Source: Aplysia californica (lineage: Eukaryota). Taken from it: a DNA stretch of 64,000 nucleotides. Position numbers and translations under genes: made by a program. Each line of letters starts with the position of its first letter. The stretch's first letter is position 1. The stretch spans positions 800,056 to 864,055 of the forward strand of contig NW_004797318.1 of assembly GCF_000002075.1 (NCBI RefSeq), written 5' to 3'. The notes below the pieces were generated by a model, which was not told where the DNA came from, did no database searches, and worked only from the letters and a program-made list of their open reading frames with translations. Below are positions 1 through 13,100 of this stretch, piece after piece.

Positions 1-950
1 AAAAAAAACACCCACAAGGTATTGAATGATTTAGTACAGAAGAGCACATCAACGTCACAGCAAGCATTTTGAGCAGAGAAAAAGAATACTACAGAAAGAG
101 AGTGTAGGTAATATCTACGATTTGCACTTCCCACACATACTCTTTTGATGACGTATTAAAAAGACAAAGTAAAATTGGTCCTTTCTACCACATTTTACAG
201 TTTCATCCCCTGAGTGAGATAAGCCAGTGTGGACGGATTTCCGGGACATAGATTTTCCACTGACTTTCCCCAATACTCGTTCCATATATATACAAATGTA
301 CTCTATTAAAATCCTTTTACAGATCCTGCAACCTTCTGCATAATGAAAAAGCCAAGAAAAGCCTTCAAACCTTTTGGAAATTAATGCTATTCCAGCCCAG
401 AGATACATCACCATTGTGTTTATAACAAAGAAATTGTTGAGCAATATGCTTTTTAAAATGTCAGTACTTTCCTTTTAGCTTGGAGAGACTTTTTGGTTCA
501 CAGGCAAGTGGTTGAGTATCCCTATACATGCGCTCAAAACTTTACTAAAAAGTTGCAGGAAACAGTTACACACTGGCTCTTTATTAACATGCTCCTTACG
601 TGAAAAAACATAGGCTTGCAAACAGATTGCACTTCACACGGAGACTTGAAGAGGTGCACTTAAACTAATTAAGATGGCTACTGTTAAATGCCCCAGCAGA
701 CAGGTCAAATTCTCAAAATGTCTATAACCTTCAAGATAGTCTTCTATCTCTCCTCCCTTTTGTCTCTTTCTCCCAACCCAGTGCCTTCTACTCTTCCTCT
801 CATTCTCTCTAGTCTTCCTCCCCCAACATGCCCCCATCTCTTTAAAGCTTTCTCTCACACACACACATGCACAGACAAACAAAAAAACATTTATAATGCC
901 AGAACAATTTTTTCTGGGGGTTTTTTTTTAAAGAAAAAGAAGTATGGCAC

Positions 951-1333
951 CATTATCTTCTACAGGTCCTCCAGCACAGCAATTACGGACACAACAAGAG
1001 TTCAACAAACTGCGACAACAAGTCATCAAGAAGTCGCTAAACGAAATATTCAAAGTAACTGGCCAAGGATGATTGCAAAGAACTCTGTAAAATGGTCTGG
1101 GATTTTAAAATGTGAGGAAAGGGATTAAAAGTGGGTACACACATCACATTCACACAAAACAAATGTTCTAAAAAGAGGCGGAAATAATGCAAAATGACCA
1201 TAGCCACACACTGACATTGGAATTTCAATTATCGACCCGTGATACATTTCCCAAAAAGCAAGAACAGGAGGACATAGAAATTCATTCATACCAACTGCAT
1301 TTAGGTTACTGAACACACAGTGCTACAAATGAA

Positions 1334-1376
<43 letters not shown>

Positions 1377-4300
1377 GAGAGAGAGAATGAGAGGGAGCGA
1401 ATGTTTTACGAAGCGGGTTGTTTCAGTGTATGCGTGAGAGCACCTAACCTTTGTAACATCCACTGCCATTGTAAACGATCAAGACAAAATTGTCATTGTC
1501 ACTGTCATTGTCAAACAAAACATTTATTTCTAATAAAATGCATGATCTCTATGTAGCCATAACTTCCACACAAATGACCATATGAAAATTCTCAGCTGCC
1601 AGGCTTCACAAGAAGATGTTTATAAAAGGAAAAACAGTATTCAAAATGTCATCTGAAATGGTCGCGCGGGATAACCCAGATTCCGGAGTTTTCCAAACAG
1701 TAACATCTTGACCTACACGAAAAGTGGGCATTGCCCTACCTATCGGAGAAGTTTGGTTTCATTGGTATGTAATATTTGTTTGGTTAGAGAGAAATCTCTC
1801 CTTGTCTTTTAAAGAAACTGAACAGGGGGCAAAAACTTTACATTCGATTTTCTCAAAACAGCATTTTTCAGGATAGCCCCCTTGTGCTTAAAAGCGACCA
1901 GATATACTTTTAAAATCATATTGATAATTGATATGGAACAGGGGTAAGATAAACACTGTAGTATATTGATAGTCTTCCCTTCGCATTATATACTTTGTAT
2001 TCCTCCCTCAGTTACAAAAGTGTACCTTCCAAATTTAATGGAAAGCAACTTCTCATGCAAACAGAATTTATTTTCGGAAAGTTTCAGTTAGAAATCTCAG
2101 AAGTAAACACTTACAATAACTACTTTATTAGTTAAATAAGGTTACGACTCCAAAAGCACTACTGCCTCAAATCCGAATCCAATAGAAAAATCCAAAACTA
2201 AAAGGCATATCAGGAAGTACAATGTCTGTTTAGTGATATTTTTGTTACTGACATCCATCTGGCCCAGTAGCAAGAACACTCCAAATGCAAAATGCAATTT
2301 CAGAGAGCGCTGGTCAAAGTTTAATATGCTGCATTTTTATCTCTAATTATCACTGAAGGCAATATACCAATACCATGGTAACTAATAAATGACATTGAAA
2401 AATTAGCTTTTCATATTAATTTACATTAACTGTTTTAATTGTGGACAGAAATCAGCTCAAAAGGTGAATAAATAGCAACCTGGCGACAGCTTTCGAGAAA
2501 TCAAATAGGATGGCTCTTGTGGTCTTGAGAAATGATGTTCATCTCTCATTCAAAAAGTCCTGGGTTTAAAACCTGACAATGACCAAAAAAATGTTCTACC
2601 CTAAAATTGTCTCTCTTGCCCTCCTTTCCTGTTCTCTTATCAAGTTATGTCATCTGCTTTCATCTCCACTTTCTCCCCCCCACCCCATCCCTAGCCTCCT
2701 CTCAGCTCCTCTCCTTTACTCCAGATTCTTTGTTACAGTATATGCTACTCCTGCTCCTTTTTACGGCTGTCTTTCAGTTACACCCCTGATCTGAGGGTAA
2801 ATAAGATCAAAAACCTTGCCTTCTCGGATTATAAGGGCAAAATTACATCCTAAAGGTGCAAGTTGAACACGTTAATTTCTTTTGTTTGTTTGTTTGTTTT
2901 TGTAAAGTGTTTTACGGCGCTCGCAACTGCAAAAGGTCATATGAGCGCGCGGGACACACCTAATACTTTTAGTTGGTAGGAAATTTTGAATTTTGCCCGG
3001 GTGGCGGCCGAAGCCTACTCTTATTGATTTTAGACCACCAAGGGATCTTTAACGTGCGCAACTTGCACACGGGCCCTCCGAGATTTTTCGCCCTTGTCCG
3101 AAAAGGCTAGGTGTAGACCTTTCCTACCAGAAGATCAGGGGTGTGGCAGAAAGACAGCAGTAAGAAGGAGTCAAGGAGTAGCAGTAGAAAGGCTGCAGAA
3201 AGAGTCAGGAGCCCAAATGAATTCTTACCAAAACTGAAAATACGCTGTCAGTATGAAAATATGAGTACCTTCAAGATTGGTATATGTGGCTCTGACGGTA
3301 AGGGGCCTACAAAGTAGGAAAAACGGTCAAATATGAGAAGAAATCTAAAGCAATGCAGGTTGAGGAACCAGCAGTCGATTACCGCTGAGATCTAAAGAGA
3401 AAGGAGAAGAATAGGATATGATGTCTTCACTGGACAGCATGGGAGAAGATGTGAGTGAAACTGAGACTGAAAGGGTAAGTAGTAAGTGCCAGAAGGTGAG
3501 CTATTAACTAATTGAACAATTAAAATTTTGACATTCATTTAAAGCAATCATAACGAAGGAAGATGGTGAAGAAAGTGCAAGCAAAAATGATAAAGGCAGA
3601 ATGTATTCCATCATGTGTTTGAANNNNNNNNNNNNNNNNNNNNNNNNNNNNNNNNNNNNNNNNNNNNNNNNNNNNNNNNNNNNNNNNNNNNNNNNNNNNN
3701 NNNNNNNNNNNNNNNNNNNNNNNGTGAGAGGCAGATCAAACCATCATAACATAACAATCAAGACAGAAACCATATAGCCGAACCTGCCTTCTCTAAGATG
3801 GAAACCTGTCGTAACAGAATCCCTCCACTACCCCTTGATAAATTCCTCTACAAGTACTCTCTACAAAACGGAAACCTACTCAACCCAGAAAAGAAAAGAT
3901 GAATTCCTTTGCCTCAGAGGGTGTTTACCTGTCTTACAGAAAAGGCTTTGCCCACTCAGCCTTCATTTGAAACAAAACTCCTAAGTTTGTTTCCATCGTC
4001 TCTAACCTTTTCACCATGCTGCTAGGAAGGGAGAAAGGGTGCCACTTGGGGGTATGTGTTATCACATAGCCTACAACTACAAATAATATATATGTGAGCC
4101 CTATGCTGTGCAGATGTTCAGGGTGATGGAAGTAGCATTCCAACACAGAGAAACCTTCCTGAGTAGCCAGAGATTTGAAACTAATTTGCCCAATGCCTGC
4201 CAACTTGATCGTATGGTCAACCGAGAAAAAATTTCCCCCATTATATATTTGTTACATAATGTGTGGGAGGGGAGGCACTGGTCGATTGCTTAAACTCGTG

Positions 4301-5485
4301 AGTGGAGATAAAAGAGATTATAAGTGTGAAAACCAAGATCTTCAATCTTTTCTGTTTTTAATAGAAGGTCAAACGGTAGTCATGAGATGCAAGCACTGGT
4401 GGCAATGGATAGTAAGACTGACACATGCCATTATAAATCAGAGAGGTTAGAATAGCATGGGAACCAGAGAACTCGTCACACGGAGAAGTCGTCACAGCTG
4501 AAAAACGTGCGGTGAGTTCACAGGAAAAAAAGTATCCAAATAACAGTGAACGGCACTCTTCTGGAGAAGTGGTCCCGACCTAACGCCTTACAAATTTATA
4601 CATAGTATAGATTCTAGATCTATGTACACAATCGGAAACAAAAACGGAAGTCCAGTAAAAAAAAGCTGGCGTAAAAATGGGTTTGGGCCTTTTCTATAAA
4701 TTTACAGTTGTCTGTCTTCCTCTTTTTCTGGGCTTTTTTCCCTTCCAATTATTTAATCTGACAGAAGACCTAACTTTTGTTTCACCCCCTGTCGAAGTTG
4801 ACTCATTTCGCCCTGTCGAATTTGCACCAGCTTTAACAGTGAAAAGTACGCGGAGATGAGTTTTCTGGAGCTTTTAGACTAAAAATAGAAAAAAGTGGAA
4901 GCCTAGGAAGCACAGATTTTATTTTTAGATGAAATCAAAAGCGCAACGACACATGGGTCAAATGATACGCAAAAGCCAAGTCTAGGTTGAGGCGGAATTG
5001 AAGTTCCCCATGGCCAAATTTGCCCCAACCCATGTGACGAGATTAGTGGAGGTAGCCTATGTGATGACTTCACTGGTGCCTATCCAATTCAATAGCACAA
5101 AGGTGTGAATGGGACGGCTTTAAAATCTTCCAGATCTGCAGGACTGAGTGTATGTATGTACAACAGGTCTTACAATTCTCATGTTTGCTGCATTCCGGCA
5201 ACATGTGAAAAAAGGTGCAGATCTGGAAGACTGCCCCAAAAATCAGCTGGATGGGGGACTGCAGAGAGACAGAGAAGGCGAGTGGAAAAAAGCGAGAAGT
5301 AGATCTAGATCTAGAATCTAGTATAGATCTAGATCTAGAAATCTAGATCTAGAATCTAAATCTAGAAGAGAGCTTTCTGGCTAAATAAAGTCGTCTCACG
5401 TCTTGTCTATGCTGGATCTATAAAAACGGAGATCACATTGCTAGCAAACTGTGCCGGTGCCTTACCTTATCAAAATACAAAGCAT
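951..5485 (-). CDS. Putative 5' exons of an unidentified gene divergent from NTAN1
   Basis: Strong donor AAG|GTAAGG at 5466; candidate acceptor ttttacag at 1084. Splicing gives an open frame MLCILIR-VLCNHPW...MTCCRSLLNSCCVRNCCAGGPVEDN. The second donor (gtgcca, at 951) is weak and no homologue is recognised. Confidence 0.3.
1336..1395. repeat. (GA)n microsatellite
   Basis: Direct reading. Confidence 0.95.
2880..3130 (-). mobile_element. SINE fragment: core-like segment plus LINE-type stem-loop tail and (AAAC)n
   Basis: gggatctttaacgtgcgca...cacacgggccctccg...tccgaaa resembles SINE core domains recalled from invertebrates. The tail GCGCTC-N20-GAGCGC is shared with the repeat family at 17903. 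Confidence 0.6.
4460..5080. mobile_element. MITE with imperfect ~21-bp TIRs (GG termini)
   Basis: ggaaccagagaactcgtcaca ... tgtgatgacttcactggtgcc. Confidence 0.6.
5299..5366. repeat. Imperfect palindromic (AGATCT)n array
   Basis: tagatctagatctagaatctagtatagatctagatctag... Confidence 0.9.
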
Positions 5486-5599
5486 TGTAATACTGAGCCG
5501 ATCACAAAGAAATGGATCGATTGAGGAAGTATATTCTATACCCAAACTTCGTGGGCATTGTTCGATCACAGAAAAATAGTGAAAGAATGATTGAATGTT

Positions 5600-6008
5600 G
5601 ATAAACAAACTTCCGCTGCGCTGCGATGACCTGAGCTGAAAGGTCAGAAGCGGTGATAATGTAGTTTTCTTCCCCTAAAAGTCTTTTCGGGTTTCAATTT
5701 CTTTTAAATAGATAAAAAGGTACTTCAAATTAAATATTCATAAACTCGTTGAAATAACAGCAGTGATAAAATTCTGCTGTGGGAAAAATTATTGTTCAAG
5801 TTCCAGTTAGTATCTCATAACAGACATATCAAATATAACGAAAAATAATGGATGGTGATATTATAACCCCTTACCGTAAAAAATAGAAATTTATAACTGT
5901 TTTGGGTTTGTTGTTGTAGTTAAACGGCAACGAAATTTGGAATTGCGAATGGTCGCTTCAGCATTCAAGTTATTATGGTGTGAACACACACACACAAAAT
6001 AAATAAAT
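5600..6008. promoter_or_regulatory. Probable bidirectional promoter between NTAN1 and the leftward gene
   Basis: Divergent first exons about 400 bp apart; ETS-like CGGAAGT on the minus strand near 5609-5615; local CpG enrichment. Confidence 0.45.
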
Positions 6009-6089
6009 ATGCCGCTTTTCATAAAAGGAGTCAAAGTTGAAAAAGTGCCCACTGTCGATGCTTTTGTTGTGACATACTCACACTTCAAG
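6009..6089 (+). CDS. NTAN1: NTAN1 exon 1 (MPLFIKGVKVEKVPTVDAFVVTYSHFK)
   Basis: ATG at 6009, donor AAG|GTATAT, 27 codons. Confidence 0.9.
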
Positions 6090-9000
6090 GTATATTCATA
6101 TTTATTGTTTAGAAACTTGTCTTGTCTGTCTTCTTGGTCAGTCCTCCGCCTCGGAGACTTGTAATGTGGTAAGAAATCTCTGATCTCTAGGATCTAGATC
6201 TAGATCTAGATTAGATCTAGATCTAGATATCTAGATCTAAGTCTAGATCTAGATTCTAGATCTAGATTCCAAAGAGGTATTAATTTCTGGCCTCTGTACT
6301 TTGCTGTTCGCTCATATCATACTGTGTCCTGCACTACATTATACAATAATGATGAAAACATCATCTCTGATTCCCAAAGCTGTCTCATGCTAGGTTGCTG
6401 GCACTAAACCCTTTTATAATCATACCCATACGACGTGGGGAACTCTGTGCCACCACTTTCCAAAAAGGAAATTTACTCGTTAGTCCGATTCGTACGCTTT
6501 AGGCTACATAGCAGTCTTGTCAAAATAATTTTTCGAAGTGACTATATATATTTCTCCGAATGTTCGAGAAAATAAACTTGACCTCTATCTCTGAACGGTT
6601 TCCGTTCTCGAGATTTTTTGGTTATTTACGAGAGTGCAGTATCATCTTTAGTTCTGCCACTCTGCAAGGACTGGGGTAAGGAAGCATTTTTTTTATCGAG
6701 TTCAATTTCTAGAGCTAGAGATTTTTAGATGTCTGAATCAGATACTTCAGTTGTGGTTGAGGCAACGTTCCTGGACTATACTTCATTTTGATTTGAAAAT
6801 ACCTTCAAAAGGTACTGCGAGAAAACAAGACTGCTGGACTTTGGCAGTAACCTATTTTGCATTAGTCACCCCTAAAGCAAAAACTAAAAAAAAAAAAAGA
6901 AAATACCTCCACACCCCCACCCCCTCCGCCCTCACCCCCGTTCACACCTTTTATACACACAAACACCCCCTCACACACACATACACACACACGCACGCGC
7001 GCGCAGCCACACCATTCACAAATAGGCTGGCTAACCAAAAAATCTTGAGAACGGAAACCGTTCGGAGAAAAAGAGTTCAAGTTTATTTTCACGAACATTC
7101 AGAAAAATAGAGCCGGCCATGATTTTTTTAGAAATACTGAAAAAGTTTCAAAGAGATCTTCGCACTAGAAGTATTCTAAAATATGAAAAATACAGCCCGG
7201 GGGTACAAAATGACCCCAGGGCGTACGGATAGGATTAAGCTGCTGATGTTTGTCCAGCGTTGAAACAAATTAGACTAAATGTAAATTAGGGTCTTGGTCT
7301 TTCAGGGGGGCCCCCATCCAGGATCGATGTTGTTTTTCTTGTCGATCTGTGCTCAACTGACTCTCACTGAGTGTGTATCAGACGTCTAACGGCCTATTCC
7401 ACGCCTTTCTATGTTACGTGATCCAAGGGCACGCTACTCCCATAATTATACTGTCCCATAATAACAATAAGAGTCATGTCCCCTGACATCACATAAAATG
7501 CTAAGCTACGTTTCCAGTGTCTAATTATAGGTTCTACGTTAAATTCAGTCTGAAATCTAAGGGGGCATGGGGGGGGGGCACAATTTTTATATACAGTCGA
7601 ACAGACATGCGCATAGATAGTAAAACACGCACTTAAAATTAGCAAACACATTTACAGGTCCGGAATTTTTTTCTTACAGAGATCTTCATGTATTCTTTGT
7701 ATTTGAAACACATACACAGTCAAATTTGTACTCAAAACAAAGAGATTTCCACATCTCTCGAATATTTCGTTGTGTGCATACTAGACTACTTTTACCAGAC
7801 CTGCCAAATACTGACTTTTCCTGGTTATAAAATATCTCCTCTTCTTCTCTACTTGAACATGGAAAGAACGAACTCCTACTATCACGACAGATTTCATTAA
7901 AGTGAAAAGAGCTTAAAGATTTACTTTTTCAAGAATTATTTAGATTGCAGCATTTCTAAGAGAACCTACCTTTTGTGAAGGGCTCGTAGCATTTGGGAGC
8001 TCCTCAGTAGCTCAGGTAATGAAAATTTTACTCATAATGTTACTGACATGCAGGAGAATGCCACAAATTTTATAACCTATCATTGATTTGTACGCCTGCG
8101 AAAAGTTGTGTGTTTATGTAAAAACAAAAATACTTATTTCATGATATTTTTATCCGATTTTCCCCTGCTATAGGAATCTTCCCAAGACCTGCTGGGTCAA
8201 CAAATACGGGAGGTAGGTCCCAAAGGGCTGCTGTATATTGGACAGAGAGAGGTGGCTGGCACAAGTCCTGCAGATGGTGAGATTCTTTCATTTGATTTTC
8301 TTCCAGAATTATTATTTTACAGAAATCTGTGATCCTTGCATTATTAAGTACAATCAAACCTGCTTTAATGACCGACTGTTGAAAACAATCACCTGCATAA
8401 AGGACCACTTCTCACTTTCATCCATTTGTTAGGGTTTTTTTCTCCTTTATTACTTTATAATAACATTGTTCAAGGGGACCAACTGTCTGAGATGACAAAA
8501 CTTTTCTCCTCGACTATCAGTCGTCAGCTACGACAGGTTCAAATGTGTTTCATATAAAGCTTCAAAACACTTTTGTTGTGTATACTAATATTTTTCATCT
8601 TCAACGGTGTACTCATTTTATATCAAAGAAACCTGAATACAGGCTTGGAGTTCTATACATATTCCTGCGTAATTATATAAACCCTGAATAGACTTTTCTG
8701 ATAATTCCAATTACTGAACAGTAAAAGATGGAAATCCTTTGAAATGGTTGATACGTACCATACTTCTTTGTACAAGCTGTCAATGTTGTGGGTCTCAAGG
8801 AACCTGCAGATAACTTACTTGGTGTTCTGCTTTGCCCAGAGATGTTAGTCTAGTTTCAAAGTACTCATGCAGGACTTAGTTTTGGAAAGTTATGATGAGA
8901 TTGGTTCCTGGCCCAACTGGATTGGATGCAGTTTCTGTCAAGGGGGAATTTATACTCTTTTTTCTTGTATTTACCCAATTTTCCTTCTATCTCCAGTTGC

Positions 9001-10077
9001 AACTAGGACTGTTTTTGACAATCACATTACTTTTCTTTAAAGATAAACTTTCACTAAGCCCTTACTTTGGCCTGATCATTTAACACAATCATGGATAGTT
9101 TGTTACTGAGTTTGAAAAATACTACTGTGGAAACCATAATTAACGTGCCCGGTAATAACAGAGAGCAGATTATAACAGGGATTTTTTGAATCCCCGTTTT
9201 TTTCTACTCTTTGTCTCTATTAAAAATTATTGGCTATAACAGGGCCTCATCGGAGCCCATTCGGTTATAGCAGGGACAAAGGCTTATTAACAATGTGTAA
9301 AAAGTAAGAAAGAGAGAGAGAGAGAGTAACGTAGCGATAGAGCAAGCCACGCCACTGCAAGCACATGCATCGTGTGAAGCGAGAGAGGGCTGCAGTATTC
9401 TGCAGACTTCTTTCTAGCCCTAAGCCTAGCTACACGCCCGCATAATGTGTCATGTGCAGGCCTACCGCATTTCCAAAACCCCTGTTCCTGGGTACTGGTG
9501 GCAAGGGAAACTACCCATGAATATATACAGCTGGATTAGTCCACAAATGCTTACTTCCCTTGCATTTCTGATTTAACAGGGATCTGATATAACATGACTT
9601 TTACTCTGGTCCCACCACCCCTGTTATGTCAGGTTTCCACTGTAGCTCTAGAGGCCTATGTGTGGTATCATGGGGAAATCAGGTACTCCTCAAAATAATG
9701 GAATTGAAGTAATCAATATTTTTTTGACCATTTGGCAAATTTTATCGGATTTTTTGGGGGGGATTTTGTTTTTTTGTTTGTTTGTTGTTCTATTAGTTTT
9801 TTACTTTGGGGGAGGGGGGGGGGGGGGGAGCTCAACTTTAATTTTGTCCTTTTTAAAACACATTTCTGTGTGGATTTTACTGATAAATGGAAATCAACAC
9901 ACTTTGGCAGTCATTTTAATGCTAATATGACCTCTTACACCAGAAGACTCCCAACTCCTTCAGTCACAAATATCTTGACTTATATTCAAGACTGACTGGT
10001 ATTTTATTCATCTGAAGCATGGCAAATAGACAGATCATATCTATAACTCTGTATACCCCAAAACTGACATGCAGGTG

Positions 10078-10138
<61 letters not shown>

Positions 10139-13100
10139 TCATTGTTTTATTTTGATCAAATGTGTGACTGTTTTGGACAAAAGTAAAAGTAAAAGTTTGT
10201 CAGTATGCCTAAATATTGGTGTTAATTTTTAAATTTTGTTTTCCTCAGATGTCATCTCTGTCCTGGGTTCCGAAGATGCTACAACATGCCATATAGCAGT
10301 TCTAAGGCATTCAGGTTTTGTATTGATGTTTTGCCTTTTTCGCTGTTGATCACCTTATGTTCTGACTCTTTTATTGAAACCCAGAACTACATTCTATTAT
10401 TTTTGTGTAATTTCTGATGAATATGTTTGAGTTCCTCGAATCGTTGTTACATGGCAGTGAGGGGTGGCATTGGTTGACTGTGCTTGATACACCATTGGGT
10501 GGAGCTAAGGATGGAAGCAAAGGAGATGGTCCAACGTTTCTGTTTTTAATAGGTCAAACAGTGATCCTATGAAGTACAAGCAGTGGTGGTAATTGTATAA
10601 ATAAAACTTACGCATGTCATTATCAGAAAGGATAGCAGCTGACGGGTCTGAAGTTTTGACCGCTTATGATTACTTGCCGACTGGACAAGCAACCCTCGAT
10701 CCCATCAGCTGGGCCTTTGAACCCCCCCATTCCATCTCCCCACTAAATTCTCCTGTCTAAGATGGAAAATGTCTAAGACGGAATATTTTTTTCTGGCTCC
10801 CTTACGATTCTGTTTTACGCAGGTTCGGCTGTACTGTGTCAACTAGGTAGCTACAACTTTACACAACACTTTACTCTGTAGTGCTATCATTAAACCATGT
10901 CTTGGGTTGTCCTTGAGAGTACAGTTGTTTTTTTTAAAGTAATTAAATGGGTGTTTTTGAGTTGGATTTTCTACCTCCTATTCAATTTATAAATGCTGCT
11001 GTTTGAAATCTAATTTAGGAGACTCTGCTGCGTCAGTTTTATCATATTATACCCTCTTCTCAACTTGTGATATACAGTTTACTCCGCAAAAAAAATATGT
11101 GTGGATGGTGAGAGAAATTTTGATCATAAATTAAAATTTTTGTTTGTCAAAAGCCCAGGTTTTACATTGAAATCAGTGTTTGATGTAATGCTCAATCTCT
11201 GCGTAGATTAAATTAGATAAAATAATAATTTAACTTGAATGACTGGATGTTTCTAGGATCAGGTGCAACAAGCTTGATACACTTTGATGGCTCTTCTATA
11301 CCTGAAGGACTTGACACTATGGTTTCCTTAGTAAAGAAACAGACTGCAGACTTATCATCAGGCAGGTAAGCACAAGTACTTGTCATGATGTCTGGAGAGT
11401 TTGTAAGAAAGGAGTCCAAACTTGCAACTCCCGACATGTAGCTGAAATTTTCAGATAATAAAGAGACATCTCTATTCACAAGGGTCTGCAACTACAAAAA
11501 AATGCTCAAAGGCTAACAAGAAAAATAAACCTCTTCAATCTGCAATTGTTTACTCAGTTTAAGTGGACATTTGCACATGTTTTATTGTTTGAAGAAGGCA
11601 AATTTAAAAGAACTGAGAAATTTTGGTTCAGACTTATTTTGTCAATGTTTCATTGTGTGTATTCAGGATGAATATTTTTTTTTTTCATTTATATTTTTCC
11701 TTTTTGTTAAGATACTTTTGGGTGTGGAATTTTTACTTTACTTTTCTTTTCTGATCCAGTGACCATTTGGGTTCTAGCCCTTCGGCCTGAATGTTTGTGG
11801 AATTTTTAAGAAAAGGATTTTTAGCTGATTAGAGCATTCAGTATTTTTTGTTCTGTTTCTTTGTGATGGATTTTTTTTCTTCTCTCTGATCACATCAAGG
11901 AAGAAGTTGGACAATTTTTCAGTTATGAACACCCTAGTTTATGATTTACAAACTTGAGTATGTTAATACACATGAGTTTCATTTTAATATTAGCCTTCTT
12001 TGATCTGTCTTGTCACCCTCAGATTTGAGGTACACCTTGTTGGAGGTTTCCTTGATCCACGTCATAATTCTCATGAAGTGTCGGACGAAGTTTTAGGTAA
12101 GTGTTACTATCAGCTCTGGTCCTGGGCTTGGTGTTAGTATCATTTACTGTCCCATAAAAGGTACAGAAAGAGGTTACTGTGCCATAACTGATCAGTTACT
12201 CACATGCCTCATTATTGTATGGAAGTTAAATTCTTGTCTTAGGCAAGCTGGTTCTCATGGATTCGTGTGGGGGTGGGCTGTACTCATGTTTCTGCTTTTG
12301 GTGGAACTCTGTTGAACCATAACCCAGTGTCTTTATACAGACATACTGCAAAGTTAGATTTGATGTAAAAAGTGAATAATTTTACCTTTTTGTCTATGAA
12401 ATTGCCTTTTTATAACTAAAATACCACGCTCTGCATATACCATACCAACAATCATGTTACGTAAATAATCTCTTTATTTGTCATTTTATTCAGCTTGGAT
12501 TCTTTCATTTTGTTTTGTTTTATCTGTCTTTTTTACAGTAATTTTTGGGGGTTTTAAAGTTTCTGCATTTTTCTTGTTATTGTCTTCTTTTCTACTTAAG
12601 TCTTAACAACTTTGTCCACTGTCAGTATCTCTCTCTATTTTACTTCTTTTTTTGGGGCTCTCCATCTCATGTTTTGGTCCTAAAATATATGTCTGCGGAG
12701 AAAAGGCTGGAAGAATTAGCCAGATATATAAACCCCATTGCATTCTGCCTCAGATCTTAGTTGCTCTCATCATGTATGTAATCTTTCTATGCTGTGATTT
12801 CTTACAAACTGTTGGTGGTTGGCGGGTGGTCTGGTGTGGTTTGCTCCTTCTTTCCTATCAAACATCTGTCATCCTTGTTTGTTACACTCTTTTGTAACAC
12901 ATCTATTCTTCAGCACTTATATGACCTTATACAGTTGCAAGCGTCATAAAACCTCTACTAAAACTAAAAAACATCTGTTGTCCTTATCTCTCCTCCTTCT
13001 TTTTTGTGTTTGTTACTCTTTTGTAACTCATCTATTCTTCGACACTTATATGACCTTATTGTGTTGCAAGTGTAAAACTCTTACTAAAACTAAACCTTAC

